Made by a program: the position numbers and the translations under genes
Notes under the pieces: generated by a model
Told to the model about the DNA's origin: nothing
The model's database searches: none
What the model saw: the letters and a program-made list of their open reading frames with translations, nothing else
In this document: positions 38,103-50,914 of the stretch, in pieces
Position numbering within the stretch: position 1 is the first letter of the stretch
How the letters are laid out: each line of letters starts with the position of its first letter
Assembly (NCBI RefSeq): GCF_040938485.1
Contig: NW_027271759.1
Coordinates: 310,001 to 374,000 of the forward strand
DNA: 64,000 nt
Reading direction: 5' to 3'
From: Diadema antillarum
Lineage: Eukaryota

Positions 38103-38564
38103 GTGAGTACCACTTGAACCCCCTTCCTTAACCCTATGCATACTGGGGTCAGAATGAAATGCAACAGGTGGTTTTGTCTGTTCTCATTACACTGCTGTGC
38201 ATACAACAGGGCCCTAGTGCAGTCTGTAACAGCCAACTGATGTGTATATGAATCAAAAGATGCGGGCTGTGTGTGCATTAGTTCATCAATACCAGGGGCC
38301 AAATTTATGGAATATCTTGTATGTTGTTCCATACAGTGTGTGGATTTACAGACAGATAACAGATGCCAGAGTAAAAAGCTGTATTGCTGACAAACGTAGG
38401 AACAAAAAAAGACATTTCTTGCATGTAGCATGAACTTCACATAGCATTGGAAGCAAGGGCAGATAGTATGTATCTGACCTGGTACGATTCATTGCAGTCA
38501 GGAGATGACTTGGCAACAGACACTTTGCTGTGATAGATCATAATTGGACAAACTGTGATCCTTC

Positions 38565-38750
38565 AAAGTGGAAAATTTCACCACTTTTGTGACATATGAA
38601 ACTGGTGCAAAAATAAAAACACGCAAAGTTTTGCTGGTTATATGTAATATCACTTTATGCTATGATATCATGACATTGAAATCATGTGAAATTCATCTTA
38701 CCAGGCCAAGCACAAAATTTACCCATGTGAAAAGTTCCACTTTTACAGTG
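38565..38750 (-). mobile_element. TA-flanked MITE family A, one end truncated
   Basis: aaagtggaaaatttc...gaaactggtgcaaaaataaaaacacgcaaa...gaaaagttccacttttacagtg matches 9107-9318. Confidence 0.7.
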
Positions 38751-39459
38751 TGCATCACAAGAGATATGAATTCAACATCTCTGGTGGCATCTTCTCCCAT
38801 CTCGTTTCCATAGCGATCTGACTGCATCAGTTGCTTACTCATGCAAGCGCCTCCATTCCCTCTCATGCCCTATCTCCTAAGGCACGGATGCATGCTCCGA
38901 TGGCTTTTCTCAGAAGAAAGGTGTCGGCTGCATGTTTTGAGAATAATTCATCTGTTTGTTTTTTGCTGATGGACCTGAATTTCTCCAGTGAATTCTTTGA
39001 TTTGCATGACTGAATACTTGATGATGTCACTCTGAAACCTGCCCTCACACTGTGTGATTTTGTCTTGGGATAATGCGTGTCAGTGCTACTGTGAGCGATA
39101 TCGCAGGCTGTTGCTTTCCATTGAGGGGTAGTTCATAAATCATCTGCCATTTTATCATAGATCTCAGACTGTGTACCATAGGACCATATTCTGCGATGCG
39201 ATATTGCATCCCAAGAAATCAGTGTGAATGTGAGGTGGATTTCATTTAGGTGGGAAGACCTCCACATTTTGCCTGGATAAAGAAGTACATGCAGAATCAC
39301 TCATGAAGACACCTTCAGTTTCGTAACTGGAGCAATGCCGTATGGAGTTCTTATTGAATGCACTCATTACACTGTATGTGATGATTTGGTGACTGATGAT
39401 TCAAAGCATTAGCACCATGCCAAACTTTTTCATCCGCATTTAGTAATCCATTCACACTT

Positions 39460-39600
39460 GACCTCATTGGAAAGTTAGCAAAGCCCACTCACGTATAGCA
39501 ATGTGCCTCAGTCCCACAGGAAGGCCATGGTGACATGATAGTGATTAAGGGGATTAGCTAATCTGTAAACATTGACAATTAGTTTCCAGGAATCTGTGGC
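39460..39600. repeat. Interspersed repeat, copy 1 (unclassified)
   Basis: aaagcccactcacgtatagcaatgtgcctcagtcccacaggaagg...ggggattag matches 60045-60185. Confidence 0.7.
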
Positions 39601-40533
39601 AATTGGCATAAAACAGAGATCCAGCATGTGCCAATCTGCACCAACAAAGCGTGTTTATGGTTTCAGCCAGAGTAATGTCACATAATGACTGCACATAACC
39701 CAACAGTTAGTACTCAAAGACTTGATGTCAATGATGTAATGATATAGCTATTCAGTAGATATCACACCTAAAACATTGAAATAAGTACATTGAAAATATC
39801 AGAGATTTTTGTTCCTTTTTAAAAGGAATTTTTAATGATTACATCATTACATTCCATGATCATCACAGCCACAACATCCAAAAAGAAATGACCTTTTCGC
39901 TCTCAACTCCCAGGGGTTAGAATAATTATATCCTCATCAGCGAACACAAAGTGCTGAACTGGAGGGAGAACCGTGATGGCAAGGTGGAAATTGTTGCGTC
40001 AAGAAACACCCTTCATCACCTAGCCCCCACTTGTCATCTCACACCACCCCTGGTTCCCCCTCCCTTCCCCTTGTTACCTCACACCATTCCTGGCTCCCCC
40101 CCCCCCCTTCCCCTTGTCCCCTGTGACCCTCCCATGCATCCGGTGCCTGAAAGCAGCACCCCCAAAACGTGACGTGTACCCCCCTCCCAATGGCTCATCG
40201 AAGACTCATCGGGCCATGCATTCTCATCAGAAGTTGGCGCCGTGACGATGCGGCTTCCGCATCGCGAGGGGAAATGATCGCTCCACAAATAATGCCTCTC
40301 TTCTCTCCATCTTCTTCCTTTATTTCTCACCCTCCTTCCTTCACTCTGTCTCTCATTCCTTCTCTTCTCTCTTGCCCTCTGATCTCTCCTCCAAGCCTCC
40401 TCTTCGTTTTAACCCATTCCATGTTGAACTCTGTGATCCCCCATAGACTTAATACACAGACCACCAGGTTCCCGTACAGAACAGGTTAATAGTCAGTTTC
40501 TGTATTTTGTCACTTTTGTATCTTTCTGACTAA

Positions 40534-40755
40534 CTGTATACGCCGTTATTTTCACGTACAGATATTTTCACGAATAAGGAGATCCTAGATATTTTCGCAA
40601 GATGTTGTTTTTGCGAATTGACACTTAGGCTAACATTAATGCACTATTACCCAAGTGCAGTGAGACATTTTCACGCGTTCTTAAATTCGCGATCCAACTG
40701 TGATTCGCGAAATTTGCAAAATTAAACCCTCGCGAAAATAACAGCTTATACAGTA
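40534..40755. mobile_element. TA-flanked MITE family B, short member
   Basis: ctgtatacgccgttattttcacg...cgcgaaaataacagcttatacag|TA; ~23-bp TIR. Confidence 0.75.
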
Positions 40756-41291
40756 TATACCTCTTAACATCTTATCGCTCATGACATTTTCCTCTATCTC
40801 ATACCAACTCTGCTAACCTACACCTTTTCCTTTGCCTTTCCCTGTTTCTTCCATACCTTCATTCTCTCTGTCTGTGTCTCTCTCCTGATCTCTTGATATG
40901 TTTCTCTCGTTCTATCATTCTCGGTCTGTTTTTCTGTCCTTCCAAGCCTGCCTGATCAGTTCAAGATGTTTATTGCTCCGCCAACCACTAGATGTATGTC
41001 AGAGGGAAGTCCACACCGCCCCTTTTATACCCCTCATGGACTTATACATTTGAGAGGGAAGCAACAGTTTGTGAATGAGTGGGAGAGAGAGAGAGGGGGA
41101 GATAAGGGGAATGTTGGCAAACCCTTGTCTGTGTGTGTTTTGGTTTGTCTGTCAGCGTGTTCCTCGTCTCCAGTGAGAGATGGAGTGTGTTGATGTGTGA
41201 GATGTCGAGTAAGCTCTCAGAGCTCTGATATAAGGAGAATTCTGTGTCACATTGAGAAAGGAAGACACAGAGGTATACAAGTGAGTGAAAC

Positions 41292-41560
41292 ATAGAAAGA
41301 GACTGAGAAAGAGATAGAGAAAGAGACTGAGTAAGAGATAGAGAAAGAGACTGAGTAAGAGATAGAGAAAGAGACTGAGTAAGAGATAGAGAAAGAGACT
41401 GAGTAAGAGATAGAGAAAGAGACTGAGTAAGAGATAGAGAAAGAGACTGAGTAAGAGATAGAGAAAGAATCTGAGTAAGAGATAGAGAAAGAGACTGAGT
41501 AAGAGATAGAGAAAGAGACTGAGTAAGAGATAGAGAAAGAGACTGAGTAAGAGATAGAGA
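41292..41560. repeat. 24-bp purine-rich minisatellite, ~11 copies
   Basis: Unit gagtaagagatagagaaagagact; source of the spurious SISYSVSF ORF. Confidence 0.95.
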
Positions 41561-41704
41561 TGGACATGTTGATGAATATATTAGCAGGGAGAGAGAGAGA
41601 GAGAGAGAAGAGTCTCTTTCTTTCTGTCAGTCTCTTTTTTTTTAGGATGGAGTTGCCTTGAGAAGAATATTTTCAGCATCACAAACAATAAGAACATTGC
41701 AAGT

Positions 41705-41797
41705 TTAACCCGCTGAAGACAACCTGATTTTGCTATAACATTCATTTTCCATAGACACCTGCCCAAGTATATTTGGGACTAGTCTTAAACAGGCTAA
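41705..41797 (-). mobile_element. piggyBac-like MITE
   Basis: TTAA|cccgctgaagac...cccaagtatatttgggactagtcttaaacagg|ctaa. Confidence 0.75.
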
Positions 41798-43528
41798 CAG
41801 AAAGATAAAGGCTGTGATATGTCATACATACCTATGTGCTTCAATTACTTTATGATAGTTGGGTTCTATAAGAAAAACAAAAAAGAAAGGCAGCAAACGC
41901 ACTGTAAATATTGTCAAAGAGTACCAGTGCAGAGGGTGATTGAATTTAGCATGGATTGGCTGGAATTTTTGGTTTTGAATAGTTTTGCATCAAGAGTAGG
42001 CATTTTGTGGAAGACAGTAAGTGATGGTGCTCTTCATTCTGTTGGATTAATCCTCCCAGGACCATAACCTAAAAATGTCATTGAGAACGAGCGCAGAGAG
42101 GCGGTCTTTGGCAGTGGCAGGGTTAATTTCATTGCTTTCTGCTATCGTAGGGAAGGCGAAATAAATTTGAAAAGTCTCATTTCCTGCAATTGCTCCCTCT
42201 GCCCTTTTTATGCTACCCCCATCTCGTAGACAGAGAGATAGAAGGGGGGGGGGGGAGGGGGAAGAGAGGGAGAGATGGAGGATTGTAATTGGAAGTTGAA
42301 TAATTGATCTGCATGATTCTGTGTGTTTACTTTTAACTTTTTTTTGGGTGGTCTCCAAGTCTGCTGCCTTTACTTACGGGAGAGGCTCGGCAAGTGCTTG
42401 TCAGGGAGTGATATTTTTGGCTCCAGTTTGCTTGCATTTTTTGTGTATTTTTGATGAGGGTTAAGGGATCAGAGGGGGGAGAGAGAGGCTTGCCAAATGA
42501 AATTACCGTGTTTAGAATGCCATCAGATCGACAAATTGTAACGGTCCACGGCCGGGCCACTCCGCAACACTGCTTAATCATATTAAAGGTCCATTACGCC
42601 ATTTGGGAGAGAGACACCTTTGGTAGGTGGTACACTCTTCCTCGCTCTTCCCCCCCCCCCTCACCCCCTCTCCCTCTCTCTTCTGTCATTCTTTTATATC
42701 CTCCTCCTCTCTCCCTCTCTCATCTCTCACCTTTTTATCTCACTCTCATACTCTATTTATCTCTCCCTCTTTAGTATCATCTCTCTCTTTTACATCTCTT
42801 TCTCTCCCCCTCTTTTCTGTCTCCTCAGCTCTCCTCTTTCTCTGCCTCCTTTCCTTTAATTCTCAGCCTTGTCTTTCCATTATTTCTCCCTCACTCTTCT
42901 TCTTCCCCTCTCTCCTCTGTCTCTACCCCTTCTACCCCCCCCCCCATCTCCATTCTCTGCCTATGTTCCTTCTTTTCACCATGCCCCTCTCTTCTAGAAG
43001 TGATGGATAATTTCATTGCAAACCAAAACAGTGTTGCACACGTCCGTCCCAGCAGAGTTATAAAGTAATGGATTGGTACATTTTCATGCCACAACAAACA
43101 ACCACCTTTTGCCACACTTCCTGTGCATGGCACGGCTTCTTCTCTTGTGACCCAACCCACTGTGTTGGGGAGAAATTGCATTAAAGCTCCATTAACCCTT
43201 ACTGGACCATACAATAAATATGAAGTTGGTTTTTTTTTATGCAGTGCAATTACCAGTGGTATCAACAAGGTTCCTCGACATTAAAAAAAAGTGTTGCCTG
43301 AGGGGCAAAACAGATCACGTATGTTTTAAGCGCATACATGTAGTTCTAGTGCGCGATACCTGGTCAGCATACCTGTCTGTGTAGCTGGCCTGATAAGATC
43401 ATGTGCGATGATGGGATATGGGTTGTAATGCTTACGCGCTGGCTGCACATACATGTATCCAGTTTTTGCCTCTTAGCAAGTTGATCCATGGCTTGATAAT
43501 GTCATTTGAACCTGGACCAATGGTAGAA

Positions 43529-43740
43529 TTAAAGGGGATGGCTAGTTACTGATCAGTGGGAATCAGTGGGAATGATGGGGGATGACTGTTCCAATCCTTG
43601 TGGGATTCATTTAAGAGTACATTACATATCTATTGTTGTGTGAAAATTATTTGCTTCAGAATGGTCTCATATTCAAGTAATGTGCAGTTCAATGTTTCCA
43701 GGTTAGCATGCCTGTACAGTGACGGGGCGATCGTTAATGC
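43529..43740 (+). mobile_element. K3 family half-copy (left arm plus spacer)
   Basis: TTAA|aggggatggctagttactgatcagtgggaatcagtggg...ggttagcatgcctgtacagtgacgg matches 35267-35465; right arm absent. Confidence 0.85.
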
Positions 43741-43741
43741 T

Positions 43742-44290
43742 TTAAAGGACAATTCACCTTTATACACACGTGGATTGAGACTATGCAGCAATGTAAAGTA
43801 GAACATGAGGAAAATCAGACAATCCTTTAAAAAGTTATAAATTTTTAACATTTCTGTGTAGTCACTGCTGGATGAGAAAACTACTACAGTTGATGATGTC
43901 ACATGTGTAGAATGATATCAGGAAAATATAAGGAGAATCATGCAAAATTTAATTTCATGAAAAAAGGTACACATTCCCTCAGTTTGTAACTGACTATGTT
44001 AAGGGTGATATTACTCCTCCTGCCTTCTGAAAGAGGCAAGTCATGTGCTCTCTTAGTATGCAAGAAAAGTGAAAATAGGGTGATTTTTCTATTTTCTTTA
44101 TATTGTTCTACACATATAATATCACAAGCTGTAGTAGTCTTCTTGTCCAATGATCCTGGAACTAACACTTTAAAAATTGATAACTTTTGAGTGGATTGTT
44201 TGATTTTACTCAAACCTTCACCAATGTGTTCTACTAATATTGCTGCAGTCTTTCAATCCACATGTTTATTAAGGTGGACTTGTCCTTTAA
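43742..44290. mobile_element. Kolobok-like MITE family K4
   Basis: TTAA|aggacaattcaccttta...ttaaggtggacttgtcct|TTAA. Confidence 0.7.
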
Positions 44291-44392
44291 GGGGGATTCC
44301 CCTCATCTCCCCCTCCCTACTGGAAGACTCTGTCCAGCTGGTAGTACCGCAGAGATACACCACCCCTCCCTCTTCCCCGGCAATTGATATTT

Positions 44393-45078
44393 GTGACCGT
44401 GCATCACAAAACGAACAAAAAGTCACACGCACTGATTTTGTGTGAGAGCTGAAAATAGGTGTAATAGGTCAATCTAGCCAATCTTGACTTAATGTTTTCT
44501 AAAAGAGCAAGTCTTGTTTTACATTATACTAAAGTTTGGGATCGTAAAACAAAAAGGAAATTTGGTTTTTAGCAGTTTTTCTGGAACACCCTTTGGTAGA
44601 ATAGTGTAATGAGGTGTTTCTCAAAGAGCCCTCTTTTCATTTCTTAAAAACCCTGTCCATGCTCATCACTTTCAACTCCAATAGTTTTAGAAGGGATGAT
44701 GCTTCTGCTTTGAAAATTGGTATGGATTATCAACAGAATGTGTCAATAAAGCATGCCTAATTTCAGCTTAATCTCATAATCCCTTCATTGTTGTTGCTCT
44801 GGTGGTTATCATCCTGTTATTTGTTCCATTCGTCGCCCAGATAGTGCGGCTTGGTAAAGATTAAGTACTTAAATAGACCATGTTCTTCAGAGCCTCTTTT
44901 CTCAGTTCACACTTATCCAGAGTGTGCTCTTTCTCTCCAATATTTAGATAGGTTAGGAGAGTCCATTTGAATTGAGTTATACATCATTTTAAAGCTTAGA
45001 GTCTGCTCTTTCAGAATCTGTCCTTAACTAAAAATCCATATCTGGCGACATTTTGTTGGTTTTGTGGTGCAGGGTCAC
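44393..45078. mobile_element. Non-autonomous TIR element with 4-bp ATTT TSD (Sola-like), 686 bp
   Basis: ATTT|gtgaccgtgcatcacaaaac...gttttgtggtgcagggtcac|ATTT; 20-bp TIR with 2 mismatches. Confidence 0.7.
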
Positions 45079-45563
45079 ATTTGATCCTGAAAGCTGTATG
45101 TTATGACTTGTGTGTCTGTGTGATGTGTACACATGTGAATGACTGCATGACATGTTACTTTTGAATGAAAGTCAAAAGGATGACATTTCAGAGGTTTTTT
45201 CCTTGCTTTATGCCTCATGATTTCTCTTCTTCGTTATAACAAATCTGAATAGGTGATATATTATGTCGGTTGTGAGTGTGTTTGAGTGCTGGCATGCATG
45301 TGATTGAAACTCTAAATAAATGGTAGTTTGTGTTAAATGTAAACAATATATCTCATTTAACAGTCTCTTTATGCTCTTATTCATGCTTCAGATCTCTTCG
45401 ATAGATGTTGCTGTGAATTCAGCAGTTATTTTAACCCTGAGAAGTACAATGACATAAATGACAAAGCAATAAACATTTTGTTTATAAATAAAAAATTTGT
45501 AGCTACCCTCAGCTTTCAAGTAATTCAGCTTTACAGTCAGTGGGACTTCTGCAAGCTCTCCCA

Positions 45564-45900
45564 TTAAAGGCATAATTTACCATTTGCAGATGAAACAAAA
45601 ACCCAGCATTGGTGCTTTGAAATAGTTCTAAAATCTGAGTTAGGGATAAAAACAACCACTGTCAAAATTTGAATCCATATAATTGATGTTAAGTGTATAA
45701 AAATACACAAAATGTGAACAATAGTTGTAATAAAAATGTTTCCAGACTAAACCATCTACAGTTATGGTTTAATGAGAAAAATACTGATATCTCCTTATAT
45801 CTTAGGCTTTATTGTGAAAATGTTATATGGTAGGGTGTTTTGTGATACAACAGACCTACACATATGCATCAAATGTGATATCTTGGACACTTTTTTTTAA
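45564..45900 (+). mobile_element. Kolobok-like MITE family K2, 3'-truncated
   Basis: TTAA|aggcataatttaccatttgcagatgaaacaaaaacccagc... co-linear with 13210-13577 up to about 45900. Confidence 0.8.
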
Positions 45901-46245
45901 TTTCTGGTAAATTTGATTAAAGATAAACAGGACCTTTAACAGATATTTGGTTAGAAATTAAGAACAGGTAGCCAAGAGAAACAAGTTTACACATTGAAAT
46001 GAGAATTACTGTGATATATATATATATACTGACATACATCCTGTAGATATATCCTTTATAGCATAATCATTGTTCATTGGCATTATTTTCCCTGTGTGTT
46101 ACAATATCATTATTATCATTCAATGCACATATTGAGTTTGACCTTTATATAGTTTTTATTGCTTATTTCACTCAAGTCACCTCGAAAGTAATGCATCAGG
46201 CCTGAACATTCCATTACATGCAGCATCTTCATATATGATATTGTC

Positions 46246-46407
46246 NNNNNNNNNNNNNNNNNNNNNNNNNNNNNNNNNNNNNNNNNNNNNNNNNNNNNNN
46301 NNNNNNNNNNNNNNNNNNNNNNNNNNNNNNNNNNNNNNNNNNNNNNNNNNNNNNNNNNNNNNNNNNNNNNNNNNNNNNNNNNNNNNNNNNNNNNNNNNNN
46401 NNNNNNN
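46246..46407. other. Assembly gap
   Basis: Run of N. Confidence 1.
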
Positions 46408-47831
46408 AAATGAATCATAGGTGAGGGACCTTGAGAGTGTTGTGAAATATCACTCGTAGACGATGTTCGACACCTGACTAGCATTCATGTGCCATCTTTC
46501 GCACCACTTTGCCTTCCGTCTCTTGCCCTCGAGAAACGTGATTGATTCGCAACTCCGAGCATGCATGCATGCAGGCAGGGTAAGTGGAGTTGACATAGGC
46601 ACACGACAGTCCTCGTGTTGACTCCAAAGGAAGAGAGAAGTCCAGATTCTGGGCTATTTTTTTTTTTTCTAATGATATCTTTACTCCAGCTGCTAAATCT
46701 GTATGCGTCAAGTTGAGGGAAGGCGCGATCCTGAGAAACTGAGAACAATAAGTCGAGACCGATTGCTTTATTCTAATTTTGACTTTTTCCTCAGAATTCT
46801 AAGGGAATGTATGCATACAGGTGCGTGAACTTTTGACCTCTGTTTTCAGCTTAGAGCAATCTGTCTAGACTTTTTTTTTGCTGGTTCTTGGGATCGCGGC
46901 ATCACTCGACTCAACCCCTACAGGTTTAGCAGCTCAACTAAAGATATCATAAAAAGAGTCCAGAATCTAGACTAGGAAAAGAGAGGTCTACTGCCAGCTT
47001 CCTGCGATATTTGGAGTTCATCTCCCGTGTTGCCCTGTCATTGGAAGGCATTTCATTTAGACATTGTCATTGATAGATGTTGTGTTATGGTAAGGAACTG
47101 AAAGTATTTCTTGCTGTTTTACAAAGAAAGATAGTTGGGACGGGGCCAATGGTTGCTCGCATCGAGTGACTCCGAATGCTTGTACCATCTGAATTTGTAT
47201 GTGTTGGGGCTTCACTGCCAGCTGAGGGCTTGAGGAGTGAGGCATTGCAAATCTTCATATTTGAGTTGTATACGAACCATCAGTTTGTTTTCCTTGGACT
47301 GCTCCATGCATTAAAAAAAAAAATCCTTTGTTAGAAATTTGCATTAACCAAAAACAGTACCAAATCTGGAAAAAAAAATCAATGTGCCACAAATGTTTCT
47401 ACGTAAAACATATTTGCATACATGTAAACAGAACACTGAATAGGCAAGGACCAGTGTATATATTGACCAAGAAAGAAAGTGACTTTTTTGAAGTACAGAA
47501 GTGTTGATATTACACTACTGAGACGATCAAACATCTGGAGCCTGCAGTGCTTCTATTACTTCCTGGAAGCTCAGGTGTGAGCTGTCATTTGACCCAGTCA
47601 AACTCACCTTAGTGGTTTCGGTTTCTGTCTTCACGGATCGAACTAATGAATCATCTCTATGGTCGCCATCACAACTTTTAATTAATTCTAAATCTGATAT
47701 GTCACATAGTAAAACTGAGAGTCATATGTCTTTTGAATTCTTGGGAATTCTCTTGGCAGTCTGTGTAATGTATTCAAACTTTTGCTGCTTTCTCTTCACC
47801 TATATGTAGAAATTTATTTAATATGACAGTA

Positions 47832-48199
47832 CAGGTGATTCCCATTATAATGAAGTCCTTATGACCGACAGTTTTCTTTCATTTTGTAGAAATTTTGTTA
47901 TAACTGAACAATAAAGTATATAAAGATATAATTTCAGGTGTGAGTTTTTTCAATTTGTCTCCCTCTACAAATTATATTTGTTAAGATCGCAACTGCTGAT
48001 CTGTAAATTAAGAAACATGCCGAAAAAAAAATTGTAGAGGGAGACAAGTTGAAGAAACTCACACCTGAACCTTCCCCCCTCTAAATAAATGTCTTTCTTT
48101 CAAGATATAATTTGTTGACAATTTCAGAACCCGAGTCTTTACTTAGTTTGTAACAAGAGTTTTGTTATAACCGTGTATAGTTATAACGGGAGCACACTG
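47832..48199. mobile_element. Tigger/pogo-like MITE (TA|CAG termini) with an internal hairpin
   Basis: TA|caggtgattcccattataa...ttataacgggagcacactg|TA; internal inverted repeat gtgagttttttcaatttgtctccctctacaa / ttgtagagggagacaagttgaagaaactcac. Confidence 0.65.
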
Positions 48200-48359
48200 T
48201 ATTATCCTGCTATATCTATTTCATCCAGACGATTATTTGCATTGAGTACCTACTGAAGAGCAAACCCTCAGGGAGGGGTAAGCCTATGCATGGGTAGGGT
48301 AAATGTGTCCTTGCTACGGAGTGAAACCCTCCTCCCCCCCCCCCCAAAAAAAAAAAAAA

Positions 48360-48406
48360 GAAGAAGAAGAAGAAGAAGAAGAAGAAGAAGAAGAAGAAGA
48401 AGAAGA
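48360..48406. repeat. (GAA)n microsatellite preceded by poly-C and poly-A
   Basis: Direct reading. Confidence 0.95.
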
Positions 48407-49589
48407 GGAACATCTCTCCATTTCCCAAGGTCAGCCCAAAGGCACACCTGTTCAATCTTGCTGCTGTGTGCATTTGAGCTCTTTATGCCCATCTTCCTGT
48501 CCGTTTCTAGAATTACATGTGTGAGACGATTCCTCATGGTGTGTTGAGTATTGCACAAGATTGAGGTGGTGCATTCGAGACAGTTGTTATCATCATAATT
48601 AATTCAGATGACAAAAGTCAGTTCTATTTGAGACACCTCTGTGCAATGTTTTTTTAATGAGAGTTGCTATAGTTTGCCCTTGATGTATTAAGCACTGGTC
48701 ATGACAAATACAATTCGTATGAGACTTTACGTCAGTATTTTATCATCTTGAAGTTGCATGAAGGCTGTCTGAAGGCATGTTTCATGTTCACTGTCTACCA
48801 TCAGTGTCAGAGTCTGATACAGGACATCAACTTTTTTGCCCCCACTGGCTGTTGAAAGATGTCATGTATGCAAACAAAGAATTTCTCCAATGGGACAATT
48901 TATGGAATATTTTTTCTCCTGCATTTGCAGCTCATGAGCTGTTGAGAATACCACTCTAGACTGATGGCAGCACCTACAGTTGTACAAGGTCCAATTTCAA
49001 GCAAATTTAGAATGATTATACAAAAAAATAAATAAAATAGAGAGAACTGCCACATTTTGACAGGACATTTCATCAGTGACTGCCTCAATTTCTGTCTGAT
49101 TAGACTACAGACACAGGGTATTATCCACAGTATGTTGATGTGATTGGAGGGAAATATTCTACAGCAATGAAGTGCAGGAAATTTTGTCTTTGTTTTTTAT
49201 TCTTTTACTTTGTCTGTGATCTCAAATTAATTTTGAAAGGATGTTTGTTTAGACTTATTTGTATATTGATTAATTAGTGCATAATTTATGGGCCGGGAAG
49301 GAAACTGAAATTAATTCTGATACAGCGTATGTGCTTGGCCATCTGACTAATGTTAATGATTGCTTCTCAGTTTGATAAGGTAAGACTCAAAGGTGAACTT
49401 GTGGTTCCCATGTGATACATGTGTGCTCAATATGGAATGATACAGTGTAGCTTTGCTGTAATTTTCTTATATTTCATTATTTGTGTGTGTGTGTGTGTGT
49501 GTGAGCATGTGTGTTTCTGTATCTGTGTATCAAAAATTAGAGCCTATAAGATGTACATGTAGCTCCCACAATACATTGTGTTGGACAGT

Positions 49590-50315
49590 GGGTGATTTCA
49601 AGTTCGGTGCTAGTGCTAGTGCTAGTGCTGAGATAGCACTAGCACTGGCGATAAAACCGAACTTGAAATCACGTCGGTGTTGGGAGTTGACCTCAAAAAT
49701 TATGACGTATTTCCGGTTGCTAGTGCTGGGCTCGGTGTTGAATGTCGTCTGCTGAACCGAGCTCCGCCGTTTGTGATAGCGATTTACGTGCTTTTTCTCC
49801 ATTGACTAACACTAGCCCCTAGGGATTATCATTTTCGTCATTTCAAGTTCGGTGCTGGTGTTAGCGTTGCCGTGCGAGACTTATATACGTCCATAAGTAG
49901 TTGCACGTTTTACGTGCAAAGTCTATGCTAATGCAGTGGTCGCCCACGTAACGTAAACGAACACCATCGACATGGCTTTATAAATCTGAGCCTATGAGCA
50001 AAATTAGGATAACTGTGTTTTAAAGAAGGGATGAAATTTGTGGAATTTTAATCATTCTTCCTCGTTATGTGTCTAAAACTTAACAGTCATGGCCACATCT
50101 TTTTATATTTGACTGTAATCACGCGCAATCACTTTTTTCGTCGCGCAATTCCCGCGGAGCTCGCGGTGCTGTGATTCCAACACCTAGTGCTGGTGATCGA
50201 TAATTTTGATCGGTATCGCTTCGTTAATCTGACCGTCGGTGTTGGAGCTCGATTTAACGCTGTTATTCGGGGGCTAGCACTAGCACTAGCACTAGCACCG
50301 AACTTGAAATCACCC
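49590..50315. mobile_element. Harbinger-like MITE, 726 bp, with (GCTAGT)n subterminal repeats
   Basis: AGT|gggtgatttcaagttcggtgctagtgctagtgctagtgc...gcactagcactagcactagcaccgaacttgaaatcaccc|AGT. Confidence 0.85.
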
Positions 50316-50818
50316 AGTGGAGTATATAGGCCTAATGTTCCATTTTCTGAGTGTCCTTACAACCTAATAACAAATCTGCCCATTTGAAACTGACACCCTG
50401 TAGAAATGCTTCCGAATGCATCGTGCCGCATATCCATCAGTCAAAATGAATGGATAATTGGGGTAGCAAAATCGCTGCCATATCCCAATTTGATTCTTAG
50501 ATTGATATTTGGTGTGTGTGTGTGTCGTGGGGAATCTACAACTCGCACTTCTGGGAACTCGAGAAAACTGCACAGGGACACACTCATTTATGCATAATTC
50601 TGCAGTGTAGATCTTGGTGCACACCATATACCGCTACGGTTCCATGAAGACAAGAGTGTGTATGCGCCCACACGAAGTCTGTGTTTACGGAAGCAGAGCA
50701 GAGCCATGTGACAGCTGTTTTGAATCGATAGTCATTGAATTATGAATATTGTACAAAAGCTAAGGAGAGAATTATAAGTTTATTTTCATGTGGGACATTC
50801 TTTTTTCCCCTCTCACAT

Positions 50819-50914
50819 TTAACCCACTGAAGACCAGTCCCGAGTATACTCGGGCTGGTGACTGTGGCAAATGTGTGTTATATAGCAAAATCAACTCGTC
50901 CTCAATGGGTTTAA
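50819..50914 (+). mobile_element. piggyBac-like MITE
   Basis: TTAA|cccactgaagaccagtcccgagtatactcggg...cgtcctcaatgggt|TTAA. Confidence 0.82.

Noticed and set aside
37799-38131. Full 110-aa ORF as the CDS
   Set aside because: Only 37991-38102 matches PKC and is bounded by splice sites; the rest is intronic read-through.
41247-41567. SISYSVSF repeat protein
   Set aside because: Translation of a 24-bp minisatellite.
42640-43000. Ser/Leu/Pro-rich ORFs in pyrimidine tracts (also 21856-22117, 23020-23294, 31517-31822)
   Set aside because: Low-complexity CT/AG tracts are depleted of stop codons; there is no protein signal.
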